A stretch of 64,000 nt of DNA from contig CM022665.1 of the NCBI GenBank assembly GCA_012295275.1, positions 31,372,001 to 31,436,000 on the forward strand, given 5' to 3'. Position numbers and translations under genes: made by a program. Of this stretch, positions 13,201 through 26,200 are shown in pieces; position 1 is the first letter of the stretch, and the number at the start of each line of letters is the position of its first letter. A model generated the notes under the pieces. That model searched no databases, was not told the origin of the DNA, and saw nothing but the letters and a program-made list of their open reading frames with translations. Source of the stretch: Chrysomallon squamiferum (lineage: Eukaryota > Animalia > Mollusca).

Positions 13201-14869
13201 GTTTCCTTATTAACACATGATTATAATTAACCCAGTTCATCCATGTGAAAAAGTAGGCAGAATAAACCTGTTATTTTATGTATGAAGATTAAGTATGTTT
13301 TAACAGACGAGTGGGGTATCAGTTTCCCAAAGCTGATACATATTAAAGCATTAAAGATCATGAACTCAGTACATATGAATGACTTAGACTTGGCAAATCT
13401 ACAACTGTATTTACTAACACTATGAGATAACCTGATTAAAGAATAACATCTAGGTTAAACAGAAATCTTAAGTGCATCTTTTGTGGTTTATAAATGATGC
13501 AAGGGGCATAACTCTTTTTTAAATTATTGCTTTTTCATCTCATGTTTTATTTTCTCACTCAGGGATATTGCTGTGTGTTATGGATATGGATATATATAGC
13601 AAAGTAAATGAAAAGCAATTCCTTTCAGTTATATTTATGTATTAACTTCTGAATGATTTAATTTGAAAAGGATTTAAAATATGAGACATCTAAATACCAA
13701 GGGCCTATGAACATATTTTCCTGTAGTTCTTAAACTATTCAGGACAAGGCAAGCATTTTGTTTAGACACATATCATGATTAAAGAACTTATTGAAGCAAG
13801 TAATATTCTGCAAAAAACATTCCTTTCTAAAATTATTTATAAAGCTAAAAGAAAAAACATACAGAAACCCATTGGTTTTCTTCTGCTTACTTTAGTTTAA
13901 AAGTAAAACAATAATCATGCTCTGTTTATCATTTTAGATAAATAAATGTACATTAAATTTAATTTTTACATCAATGCTTTGGCAGTGAGTTATAGATAAC
14001 CATATGGTTTGAAAACAAGTGAGGATAAAAGGTTTAGGTGCTGAAGAAATGTTTTGACAATATATGAATTACTGTCAATGTTTACAGAAAACATACCTGA
14101 ATAGAGGAATTAATTACAATGAATTTTAAAATTTACTAACTTCCATTGCCTGAAAATAACTAGATTTAGCTGCAGAATGAATACATGTACATATTAGATT
14201 AAACAATCCACAAAAAAATGTATGAGACTGCTGATAAATTTCTAAGCTTGCTTAAATTCTACCACTGTTGTTCTGAAATTAAACGTGTTTAAATACTGGG
14301 TTAGAACAAAAGTTTGTAGTGTTTTTCAATAGGTTTTGTTTGAGCACTTGATTTCATTTCACTTGTGACTGAAATATATGACACATATTATGGGAGGTGT
14401 AACAAAATGGTACATACGTGGTTGAAAGAATCTCTGTACAAATATCTAAATATTGTTTTTGAATCTAATTTAAAAATTGCTAAGAACTCTTGTTCCAATC
14501 CAGTATAATCTGTAAAAAAAAAAAAAAAAAAAAAACACAAAAAACAACAACAAACAAACCAACAACTAAAAAGAAATGATTATCCAATGAGAAGTCCTCT
14601 GTATATGAATATGCATATGAGTGGCTGAGAACCAGAATGATCTACCCTCAGACAAATAAAAAAAAAACATCTATAAGATCCATTAGTGTCAAAACGGTGT
14701 AAAAAATGTCAGTGATATTTTATTCTACCCATGAACAACTTTCACATTTGCTTAATACATTAATAATTTCAACATCAGTTATCTTAAAAACAGTGTTCTG
14801 TGAGTTGAATGATTCTGGTTCTAAGCTCTTTACATATGTGTAATCTGTAATCAAATTAAATATACATAC

Positions 14870-15059
14870 CCTGAACTGTTCAAGGAACTCTTTGCACAGT
14901 TCTTCATTCTTCAAGACTTCATCTTTGGAAGTTTCATCAGACAGTCGTACAAAACTTGACTCAATCTCCTGCAGCCACTGCATGAACTCCTCCATCGAAC
15001 CATCAAACTGCTGCAGTGAGTTGTGGTCATCCTGCAGTGCCTTCCAGTGGGCAGCAAGC
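14870..15059 (-). CDS. DMD: Dystrophin rod exon (human exon 55 equivalent)
   Basis: aaacag|G ... AGG|gtatgt; 190 nt, phase 2->0; LAAHWKALQDDHNSLQQFDGSMEEFMQWLQEIESSFVRLSDETSKDEVLKNEELCKEFLEQFR. Confidence 0.96.
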
Positions 15060-15641
15060 CTGTTTAATATAATAATAATAATAATAATAATTTCAAAATA
15101 ATAGTAAGCAGAAAAATACAGTAAAATATTAAAAGATTGTGTTTTGTTCTAACAAATAATGATGATGATGATGATGATGATATTAATAATAAATAAAGGA
15201 ATACAGAACAAAATCTTGACTTGTTTTGCATTCAGTTTATATAAACTCAGATCTCATTAGTTAAGTAATGAACAAAAACAATTTACACTGAAAGGAAGAA
15301 AGCAAAATAAAATATATTAAAAGCTACAGAATAAAAAAGCAAATATATCAAAGTAATAACATCCAGTATTTTATTCTTCTTAAATTCTCACTATGCCATT
15401 ATATATAAAACAGTACTACATTTATAACAATATTCAAGAAGCCAAAACAGAACAGAAAAAAATAAAAAATAAAAGATAACTAAAAACAACCCTGCTTTTT
15501 CTCAAGAACTAAATGCAATACTGTAAACTAGTACATTACATCACATCCATATTATATCAGTTACACTGAAGAAGAGAAAATAAAAACTCAACTGTATATA
15601 TTAAAGTATTAAATATAACCAGTTTGTTTATAGCTACTCAC

Positions 15642-15784
15642 CAGTCATACACATCTTGAAAATTAACACTGCTCATTGTGAGTACGACATTACTATACCC
15701 AACTAGTTTTGGCAAATCACCACCACCACAACTCCATATTAATATTCCACAAAATAACACAGACCTATGTACATATACGTAAAC
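15642..15784 (-). CDS. Putative alternative exon (ATG at 15676) splicing to the exon-55 equivalent
   Basis: Strong acceptor tctctttctctctag| at 15784 and consensus donor TG|gtgagt. acaATG opens MSSVNFQDVYD(W), phase 2, matching the downstream exon. Confidence 0.5.
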
Positions 15785-16304
15785 CTAGAGAGAAAGAGAC
15801 ATTTATATTCCATTATCATGCCATCTCGAGCTAAGTTATGTTCCCAGCAGTTATGTTCACTGTGACATTAAGTCATGGAAAACCGAACAAGAAAAGAAAA
15901 CTCTTATTACCAAGAATGTTGTCTTCCCAAGTTACTCATGGCAACCAGATGGAAACAACTGCATTCAGAATTGCATGAGAATGTGCAACCAGACCCAGTA
16001 CTTGCAGTCTCATATCGCAGCAGCTGAATACACTTTCTAATGCATTCCTTGTCTATGCTGTGTTCAGAACAATGTCAGCGTATCTCTGGTACCAGTTTAC
16101 ACACGCGGTCAAAGAGCTCTTCAAGTAAAAGTTTGGGTAAAGTGCTATCTTTACCACATGATGAGATGTAAGTCTGTATCATGTTGTAGAGTAATATGAC
16201 ATTACTGGCAGTAATCAACTGATTCTTGATCAGTGAAAAAATATCACATACACAGAGAGCCTAACATTCTAAATATTACTTTAAAAAAAAAAAAAAAAAA
16301 AAAA

Positions 16305-16353
<49 letters not shown>

Positions 16354-18936
16354 TTTAAAAAAATCAATGATCACATTGAAACAAAAAAGTTAATATTTAA
16401 ATATGGATATCACTCTTCATTAGAAGAAAAAAGATTAATAAATTTTAGTGCTTCTTTTATTTAATACCTATAATAAATCACAAACAAAACGGAAGTTGGA
16501 ATAGGAAATAGCCTAAGATGAGCAGTAAGCAGGATTGATCTGTTATAATGAGGTCAGTGTTGTAATCACACTGTTATAGACATTTAATGCTATGTTACAA
16601 TTTGATTTTCAACAACAAACTTCTGCCTTCAACCCCAAAATTCTGTTTATTTCTACTTGCTCTGATAATAAATACAGAGAAAGATTTAGTTTAGGTACAG
16701 GAGATGATTGACAATAAGATCAACAGGTCAATCCCTGATCTTGTGGGTGTTGTAAAACTGACACTTGAAAGGCACTGGTTCATGATTTCCTGCCTTCCTT
16801 AAATATACAGATAAAATATTTTCTATTTCTGTGGCAACAAGTTTTCTCACTGACATTAACTGTGTAGTATAGATGGAGATTTACTGCTTGGAATGATTCA
16901 ATAATTTTCATTAGCATTCTTTTAAACACTGTGAATACAGTAATTACCTTTGGCTTTTTTTTTTCATTCTGAGGTCTTTAAATATTGGCACTGGATTTTT
17001 ACCTTTAACTTATCCAGTTACTGCCTTTTACAGATATTTGCACATTTGCAATTCTTCTGTATTTTCCATTCAGTACACCAGGTTTTACTACGTGGCATTT
17101 TTTATATTCACATTTCCTATGATTCAGAAACAAACACTGGCCCTTTCCATATGTATGTCTCTACTAGTATAGAAATAAGAAATACTTGCCACCCATTCAG
17201 ATTCACCAGCATCCATCCACCAAAATAGAAGTAAGTACAGGCCCTATATCCTTATTTATATCTCCACCCACTATTTACTATTCTCCTTCAAAGATGGTAA
17301 TACATTGTTCTTTAATCTTTTTACTTGTGTTGCTTTGAACAAAAAAGCTTTAAAAACTTCAACAGCCACTGCTAGGATTATTTATCATTCGATTCAGTGT
17401 TACGCAATGTTGACTACAGAATGGCTCCAAGTTAATGTGGTTTGCAGACATCACTTAGTTTATTTTTAATCTGTTGATCTATACTTTATCTCCAGTCATT
17501 AAAGAAATACTAACAAGATTCTGTCTTATTGTCTAGTATGAACGGTTGCCAAAACAAGCATTTTTTGTTACTGTTATCTTTGTGGAATGGTAACAACTTC
17601 AGAAACTTCATGAACTCAGCTTCCTTCTTTATATTTAGGAATGTAAAAATTATGTAGTACTACTGGCTGCTTTCTTAGATAAGTCTTGTGGGTCTGGAGA
17701 TCAACAACAAAAACAAGACTGTGTGATGGTCTCTAACACAACTAAAAACAAAACACTAAAACTAAAAACTAAAATAATAAACACACCATGAGTATAATTC
17801 TATTTTCTTCCTTTGTAATGATATCCAAATAAGTAAATAAATAAACCCCTCCCAGAATTAAGGATTTATGTTATTACTCTTTAGACACACACAGACACAC
17901 ACAGAAAGAAACACAAATCAAATTAAATAAATAAAATTTTATAAGGAAAACTAATAATGCTGCAGAATGACATTTTCCACAGCATCAGCTAATATAAATA
18001 TTATTTCATGATGTTATGAGAACAAACTGAAAGTAACAGCATGTAACAACAAAAAGTGTTTACAAAATACTGGTCTGTAATGTCAGAATAATATTTTACA
18101 CAGCTAAGTTAAACTGGATATCAAATTACTAAAATATCACTACATAATATTTACACCGGAGACCAGTTGACAAAACATTCTATCAGCATAATGAAAAGTT
18201 ACAGAAGCTTTGAAGATAACAAATCTCACTGATGAAAGCTGAGTTGTAACATACATAAATATAAAATCAGATTAGCTCCAGGTTACAAATGTATTTAACT
18301 TCACTGAAAAGAATTAAGTTTGCCAGTGTTTTACTAAGAAATGGCATTTGTTTGATGACAACTCTGCAGATTATGATGTGGTTGGCATGATACTGAACTG
18401 AGAACCTGGAGCAAATAAGAGCTTCTACTGATGATAAAATATTCTCTGCAGCAATTTCCCCAAACACACACATTTGTTTCTTTTAAACAGAAGTCCTAGA
18501 AAACTGGCTAGAAGAGAAAACAGTTGAATGGAGATGCCAAGCAGTGTTGATCCTGTTATCCACTGCTTGGCACACAGATGCTTTAGCACTGAACTACAGC
18601 TTGATGAGTCTGTTATGAAGATTGTGTTTAAGATGACAGGTGGAATTTCATTTTCATAATGAAAAGAATCATTAATAATAATAACAATAACAACAACAAC
18701 AACAATAATAATAATGAACCAAAAACAAAATATATACATATATAAATTATACTACTAATTAAAAAAAGGAAAGAACCATCCTAAACGAAAATCAAAACAA
18801 ACCAAAAAATATATGTATAAAAAAATGAGATAATCAACATCATAATAATAATAAATAAACCAAAGACTATCAAGACAATACAAACAGGTAATATACAGAT
18901 AAGCCTGTGTTTAAAACTAAGAAAATTAACTGGGAC

Positions 18937-19091
18937 CTGTTAAGAAGAGTTGACCAGCGGTTTGTAAGTCTCTCAAGCTGCAGACTGACTTGTCTTGTGT
19001 CATCCTGACTGTAATCTTCTATCAGCTTCTCAGCCAAATGTTTCAGATTGTCCACAGCTTCTTGTCTCTGATTCACTTCATCTTGAAGAAT
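18937..19091 (-). CDS. DMD: Dystrophin rod exon (human exon 54 equivalent)
   Basis: tttcag|ATT ... AG|gtccca (weak donor); 155 nt, phase 0->2; ILQDEVNQRQEAVDNLKHLAEKLIEDYSQDDTRQVSLQLERLTNRWSTLLN(R) (cf. ALKLLRDYSADDTRKV). Confidence 0.95.
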
Positions 19092-19275
19092 CTGAAACAA
19101 TGGAGATTAAAACAATTTTTGTATTTTTTTAAAACATTATAATTAATATGCACTAAACTTGTTATTTTTCAATTTTAAAACATATTAGAAATGGAATTAA
19201 AAAAAGAAAAAAGAAGAAGAATCATAAATAAATAAAATAATAACAAAAATGCTAATAACACAAATATTAATTTGA

Positions 19276-19316
<41 letters not shown>

Positions 19317-20021
19317 TATTGGTTAATATCTTACACATAAGAAGCACCAGTTTTTCATGCCTTAACCATTATTATGAATGTGATTGGATTTGTAAATTAA
19401 ATGTCACAGTAAGTCTGATTTTAAAAATAAAGAGAAAGATGCTTATCTAGGATACCTTCATGTGTTTTTCAATAATTCAACTCAGTTTATGCCTTTATTA
19501 ATATACTAATTGAATTTAATTTCTGAATTAAAATTTCTCACAGTAAAAAAAAAAAAAAAAAAAAGAATGAAAAAATCATACCTTATTTTACTTTTTTCAA
19601 TTGTCTGACATTTAAATACAAACTATCTATTGTACCCTTAATATGTCAGCTAGCTTTAACCTTCTAATTAATTATTTTTGTCATAGTAAAACAGATTCAA
19701 AATGCTAAAACCATATATGTTCCTTGACATTTAAACAACAACAAAAAAAATGGTCCTTTTTTCATAGCAAAACATATGAAATGAATGAACTGTACTATAT
19801 ATTGCTTTAAGTTTTTCATGAGTTAATTAAAAAAAAAATATTATGCTATTACACTTGAATTTGTAAATTGTCATATTTCATAATAAAATCGATTCAGAAT
19901 GAAATAAACTACAAATATTATTAAAATAAAATAAGTAATAATAATAAAATTTGAAGTTGTCATTTTCCCTAGCAAAAGATTCAAATGAAAAAAATAAATA
20001 AATACATACATACATATATCT

Positions 20022-20055
20022 ATAAATATAAATATAAATATAAATATAAATATAA

Positions 20056-20109
<54 letters not shown>

Positions 20110-20112
20110 GTA
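20022..20112. repeat. Compound (ATAAAT)n-(AT)n-(ATGT)n microsatellite
   Basis: Direct reading. Confidence 0.9.
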
Positions 20113-20309
20113 TATTATAATGAATTTGAATGTGTGAGTTTATTTTCAAACCAAGAGGGATTAAAAAAAGCCAGATTCCTACCTTGTGTTCTTTGGTAAG
20201 TTTTCTTTCGTGAATTAAAAAATAAAAGTTAAATTATTATGCTAACACAGCTAAATTTGAAAGTTGACATTTTTCATAGTAAAACAGATTCCAAATGAGT
20301 GAAATGTAC

Positions 20310-20521
20310 CTTGTGTTCCTTAATGAGTTTTTCAACATCAGTGGGAGACTCTGGAGTCAGAGGTTTGTTGTCTAACTCCTCCTCGACTGAGGACAGCCAT
20401 CGTTCAAACTCTGCATACATCTCATCAAACTGTCGACATTCCAGCAGCATATCATCTAACATGTTCTTTTTCTGATTCACATGGTTAAATGCCTTGTCCC
20501 AGCGCTCCTTTAGTTTGTTAG
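20310..20521 (-). CDS. DMD: Dystrophin rod exon (human exon 53 equivalent)
   Basis: tatcag|CT ... AAG|gtacat; 212 nt, phase 1->0; NKLKERWDKAFNHVNQKKNMLDDMLLECRQFDEMYAEFERWLSSVEEELDNKPLTPESPTDVEKLIKEHK. Confidence 0.96.
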
Positions 20522-21117
20522 CTGATATAAAATAAGAGAAAACGTTCTTAATTGTTTTTGATGAGATGTATTAATGTGTTTTAGGAGTGAAAAAGTATAT
20601 ATTATTGTAATAAAAGAGAAGAAGTTTATAATTGTTTTTGGAGAAGTGAATTAACTTGGGAAAGGGAGTAAGAGTAGGGCCTATATGTGATTTGGTGTAA
20701 GTAGTAATTTTAGTATGAAAAAAGTAATGAGAAATAAGAAAGGGGATAACCTTTTTAAAAATAAATTTTTATAACATTTTTGGCATCAGATCTCCTTTAA
20801 AAACCAATCCTAAGAGATGTTTCATATTTAATTAAATTAAAAAAATGGATGAACCAGGAAATCTGAGTGACAAATTAAAACAATACCTGACTGAATCTAA
20901 ACCATGAAAATGTTATTTTTGTACCTATCTGCTTAAAATAAAATAAAATAAAATAAAAATAAAAATGCAATAACCCAAAAATAATGATTAAATATTTAAA
21001 TATACCATGACACATTTTAATATTAACTGCTATTGCAAGTCAAATTGTAACACACATTTTAGAAATTTTTTAAATTCTTATGTATTACAAGCAATATAGA
21101 ATATGTTATTTACTTAC

Positions 21118-21235
21118 CATTGTCTTTGAGAAGCTGTTTATCATTTTCAGTATTAGCCATTTTGTGTAGCTCATCAGCTGTTGACAAGACTTCATTGAGC
21201 TGGGGTCTGTGATTCTCCATATCTTGTAATATAGT
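21118..21235 (-). CDS. DMD: Dystrophin rod exon (human exon 52 equivalent)
   Basis: gttcag|ACT ... G|gtaagt; 118 nt, phase 0->1; TILQDMENHRPQLNEVLSTADELHKMANTENDKQLLKDN (cf. ATMQDLEQRRPQLEELITAAQNL). Confidence 0.96.
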
Positions 21236-23041
21236 CTGAACGACATAAACAAATCAATCAGACAATGAAAAATATATTTTTAAATCCTTCTGCAGTACTA
21301 ATTAATTAATATTTTGTTATGTTAGTAATTAAATACTCAATGCTGGTAAAATGCTGGACAATGCATCATGAGATAACAGCAAAGAAGATTTCTTTTTGGT
21401 GAAAGTAAAATGTCTATTACAAAATAATGATTTACTGAAATAATTTTATTATACATCTTTCACTTGCACAATTTAAAATTTGTTTTAGAATTAAAAGAAA
21501 GAAGAAATAACTCTAGAATGGACTCTAAAATTGTTTCAATAAGTGATTTAAAAATTTTAAAATTGGTTTTCTATAGATATTTAAGAAATCAATGTCTAAT
21601 AATGTATTTAAATAGGCCAATTAATTATTGAAAAAGAATAACAGAATTAATTTCTTCTAACAAATAACAAAACCATCACAACAAAGATTAAAAGACAAGG
21701 ATATATAAAAACTATAGAATCATTGCATGCAGCTATATTACTTTTTACATTTTATTTTTCAATTTCAGTCTTTTAATTTTGATATAATAATGCTTTTAAA
21801 CTATATATTCAGGACCTCAAGAGGCATTTTTCCCCTTTCATTATAATGCTTTTAAACAGTATTTTGTAAACCACAAGACTTATAATTCTCAACCACAAAC
21901 ATTTACATATACCAAGCCCTCCAAAAATCTATATACAACACAAAATTAACATTATAATTCTTATAAATGTTTACTATTATAGTTTAAAATAAACATCATA
22001 GAAACCATCTTTCACCATTTATATTGTCAAAAAACAAAAAAAGCAACAAAAAACAAAATCCTGCTTCTCTCCAAAAGCAGTTTACAAAAAATTAAATTAT
22101 AAGTATTATAAGCAAAGGGACAAAGGTTGTGAAATTAACTTTGTGTATTTGAATGGAAAAATGGAAATATCTTTTGTTATATGATAAATGTGATCAAAAA
22201 GACCTAAAATAAGGATAAAAAACAATGCACTGTTCTTTTTTCACTTGATTATCTGAAATGACTTGAGATACTTAAGATATGAAATTTTACTTATATATCA
22301 GTAAAAACCTATTTTTATTAACTCACAACAGAAAACAAAAGTATCTCACAAATGTAAATAATATAAAATTAATAAAAAAAACCTGAACACCAAGAAAACA
22401 CAAGTGAAATTCAATTATCAAAGTGCATAATTTTCTTTACATTTAATAACCATGCAAAGCATTAATTAGATGGTAAACTCAGTAACACAATGCACAAGTG
22501 TATCACGAAGTTGAGTTTTAGAAAAAGCACAAAGTGAGTGTATGAAATACAGCAGCAAAGTGAAATGATTTGTACCAATAAAAAGTGGAGAGTGGAGATG
22601 ATGACTAATATATATGCAAGGGAAAAATAAATAAAATACAAAATTCATCAAAATTATAAAAAATGAGAATAATTATTCATGAAAGCCATATACCTGAACT
22701 GAAACTGTAACAAAATGAACCAATAATAAAAAAATATATATATATATAAAAAAAATAAAAATAATAAAAAACGAAAATATATATATATATATAAATAATA
22801 AAGTAAAATAAATAATCTATAATAAAGTTACAAAGAAAACAATATTTAGAAATAATTAGTAATCTGCTTTAAAACAACAACAAAAATAAATATAATAAAA
22901 GTAATAAACTAAATAAATAAAGAAATAAATAAATAAAAGTATAGTGTAAAATTGAACCAAACAAACCAGGAAAGGAAATGACTTGTATAAATAAGGATAA
23001 ACAATGATGATACGGAGGAGAAGCTACCGAAGAGGACAAAC

Positions 23042-23170
23042 CTTCAAATTCCTCAACTGATTACTAATATCAACAACCATATTCTGCAGTAGATCTAAGT
23101 CTACGGGATTAATGTCAGGCACAGGGCACTCTTCTGTGCCTGACTCTGTGACTGGTATCTGATCAGGCTG
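23042..23170 (-). CDS. Putative extra/alternative dystrophin exon with no human counterpart
   Basis: cattctag|CAG (NAGNAG) ... AAG|gtttgt; 129 nt, phase 0->0, fully open: QPDQIPVTESGTEECPVPDINPVDLDLLQNMVVDISNQLRNLK. GC-richer island in an AT-rich intron. Confidence 0.7.
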
Positions 23171-23612
23171 CTAGAATGGGAAATCATGGGTTAGTTGCTT
23201 TTAACTAGTTGTTGAATTCTTTTCTTTAAAAAATTAAAACTAAACTAAAATAAATAAATTAAATAAAATAAAAAGGTAAAAAATGTTCAAACCAGTAAAT
23301 TTAAAATTAAAGAAACTTCATGAATCAATGTTTGAAAGTATAAATTAATGAGTTAATGTTATTTATTTATTAAGCATTTATTTACTTAACTTTTTATTAT
23401 TATTATTATTTTCTTTTTCGTATTTTAGTAAATAATAAAACTAAAAGAAAAATCCATTCAAGTTCCCGAAACCATTTTAAATAATCAGTTCATATATTTC
23501 TGTCTTAGATCTTTTTAAAATTCATTATTTTTGCAAATATTATTACAAGAAAAAATACACTGAATAATACAATAGTTATTTTCAAGTATTTTTTTTTCTA
23601 TTTGTAACCATA

Positions 23613-23656
23613 ACAAAACAAAAAAAAAAAAAAAATAAAAAAAAAAAAAAAAAAAA

Positions 23657-23711
<55 letters not shown>
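23613..23711. repeat. Near-pure poly-A tract of about 100 bp
   Basis: Direct reading; exact length may be unreliable in an assembly. Confidence 0.9.
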
Positions 23712-23713
<2 letters not shown>

Positions 23714-24004
23714 AAAGCATTTTTACATGAACTGTTGTTTACATATTCAGAAAATAAAAAATAAAATGCAATTAAAATTTCAAAATGAATTTTTTTTATA
23801 CTTCCACAGACAGGATACATATACCATAGCCTTTGATGTACTAATCAAGAGGAACTGGTTGGAAAAGGAAAATAGTCTTTAGCAACTATTGATAGGGAAT
23901 GATACTAGCATCAAGTATTTCACTAAGCAACATTTCACCTACCCGTAATTACTCAGTATTGAACAGAATTATTCACATAAAGATCTTCAAACTATTGGGG
24001 GTCT

Positions 24005-24039
<35 letters not shown>

Positions 24040-24621
24040 CAGAATATAAATAACTGTAATATTTAGGATGTTACACAAATATGATAACTATATATTCTAA
24101 AAGAGATGTGAGTACCAGTGAAAATATTAATTAAACAGGCAGCAGACATTCAAGCAAAACCATGCTAATGAAAGAAAACGTCTTTTATTATACAGTGGAA
24201 CAGATATTATATTTATAGTTATTCCAATATATTGTGAATTTCAAACTTTTACAATGAATAACAAAAATGAATAGCCTTACTACACAAGTGTGCACGTATA
24301 TACATACATAAAAGATGTTTTAACTTAAAAGATAGTCAGCAAAATAAAGCCACCATAAACAATAAAATCAGATAATAATTAAATGCTAAAACATTAAAAA
24401 TAAAACACATTAATATTAAAAAATTTAAATTTACATTGAAAAATTACTGTTAAACAATATGGTAATAAATTCTGTCAATATTCATTTTTTTAAATTTTTT
24501 ATGAGTATTCCTTCTTATATGCACTTGTCTGCATGTAAACAAATGCATGCACACTGACGCACACACGCATCTAAATCCATCCATCCATACATACACCAAA
24601 GACATATGATAAGTTTCATAC

Positions 24622-24803
24622 CTTGTCTTTTGCTATCATCTGTTCTATATCTCTAATATCGCCCACTGTAACTCTCTGTGACTTTAAAACTTTCTCTAGT
24701 TTGGTGAGCCAGTCTCGTAATTCTGTCACTGATTTGTCGAAATCAGGCCACACTGATGAAGATGTAGGTTGTGATTGCAATGATTCCACTTGATTTAGTT
24801 TTA
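24622..24803 (-). CDS. DMD: Dystrophin exon, hinge 3 / repeat 20 (human exon 51 equivalent)
   Basis: ttcacag|TA ... AAG|gtatga; 182 nt, phase 1->0; ...WPDFDKSVTELRDWLTKLEKVLKSQRVTVGDIRDIEQMIAKDK closely matches human ADFNRAWTELTDWLSLLDQVIKSQRVMVGDLEDINEMIIKQK. Confidence 0.97.
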
Positions 24804-24851
24804 CTGTGAAAAACAAATAAAAAGAAAAGAAAAATAAGACTGGTTAAATGC

Positions 24852-24890
<39 letters not shown>

Positions 24891-25362
24891 CACCCCAAAA
24901 TAATAATGGGAAACATCTCAAATAATATTAATAATAATAATAATAATAAAATAAAATAAGACAAAACTTGTACATAAATTATACTTATACTTAATTATAT
25001 GTATTTTTTATTACTCTGATGTCATTTCAATAAAAAATTTAAAAATTCCTAAGATTGAGAAAACAGTAGAGTCCAATAGATTTTAGAAATTTATTTTAAT
25101 TAATGAGATTTGTTTGCTTGTTGTTGTTTTTTTAAAAAGATTTCCTAAATACAAATCATCATATAAAAGTAAAAATGTGATCACTGTGCCTTCTTGGTAT
25201 TATTTTATTGACGTATGTTATTTTTATGAATATTTGATGGCAGTATAAAGAATATATAAAAAACTATAAAATACATTTCATCTATTCACCCATATAATAT
25301 TTAGACTTTAACTGCTGAACAATCAATAAAGATAAAAAATGAAAAAATGAAAAAAAGTTAAC

Positions 25363-25582
25363 CTTGTTGAAATATTTCTTCAACCAGAGATTCTTCCCGA
25401 GGTTTGATGTTGTCAGCCATCTTTTTAACTTCCAACCAATCAGAATTGAGCTTTGTCATTTTTCTCTGTATAATGGGTGTAATATCAACTGTTTGTTGCT
25501 TGCACTCATCAACATATTGCTGGTATTTCTTGTTCAAGTTCTCAATGTCTGTTTGTCTGTTTTCAATAGCAGCTTGAGTTGT
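25363..25582 (-). CDS. DMD: Dystrophin rod exon (human exons 49+50 equivalent, fused)
   Basis: tcttcag|ACA ... G|gttaac; 220 nt, phase 0->1; TTQAAIENRQTDIENLNKKYQQYVDECKQQTVDITPIIQRKMTKLNSDWLEVKKMADNIKPREESLVEEIFQQ. Confidence 0.92.
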
Positions 25583-26008
25583 CTGAAGAAAATTTAATAA
25601 TTTTATCTTTTAAGTAATAAATCAAGAATAATATTTAAACCAATTTGTTCATTCTCTCTTAATCAACATATTTAAAAATATTTCAAAACAGAAAAAAATT
25701 CAATCCAAATCAAAATAAAATAAATTTAACAATTAATAAAATAAAAAAAATAAAAAATAATAATAAAAAAATAAAAAATAAAAACTGAAACAGCTCTAAG
25801 TTTAATCAAAGTAAAATATGTAAGAAATTATATTTACTTTCAGAAGTGAAGTTTATAAAAAGAAGAAAAGTGTATTACAGTATTTCAAGCTTAAAATATA
25901 ATGTAAGACATTATAGTGTTATCTTTTTTCATTTTTCTTTTCACTCACATATATACAAGCACAAAAAATAAAATTACATTTTCAAGTTTAAGATAGGATA
26001 TAAAGTAC

Positions 26009-26200
26009 CTGAGGATCAAAAATAACTGAATCATTGCCATCATTAGATGTAGCTGAACCAACAGGACCTGACTGTGTTTTCAACAACTCTCTAGTTTCAT
26101 TCACCCAGGCCTGCAGTGTGTCTATATCTTTGTGAAATGATTTCAGCTGTCTCACATACTCCTCAATCTGCCGAATCTTGTCTGGTATATCCACATTTAC
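26009..26200 (-). CDS. DMD: Dystrophin rod exon (human exon 48 equivalent)
   Basis: ttgtag|GTA ... CAG|gtactt; 192 nt, phase 0->0; VNVDIPDKIRQIEEYVRQLKSFHKDIDTLQAWVNETRELLKTQSGPVGSATSNDGNDSVIFDPQ. Confidence 0.92.

Noticed and set aside
1-14869. Exon-56 equivalent (and the exon-40 equivalent above 55610)
   Set aside because: No spectrin-like exon found by eye in either terminal intron; both presumably lie outside the window.
14892-15101. Plus-strand ORFs overlapping exons (also 25364-25597, 27817-28068, 55361-55585)
   Set aside because: Antisense shadows of real minus-strand coding exons.
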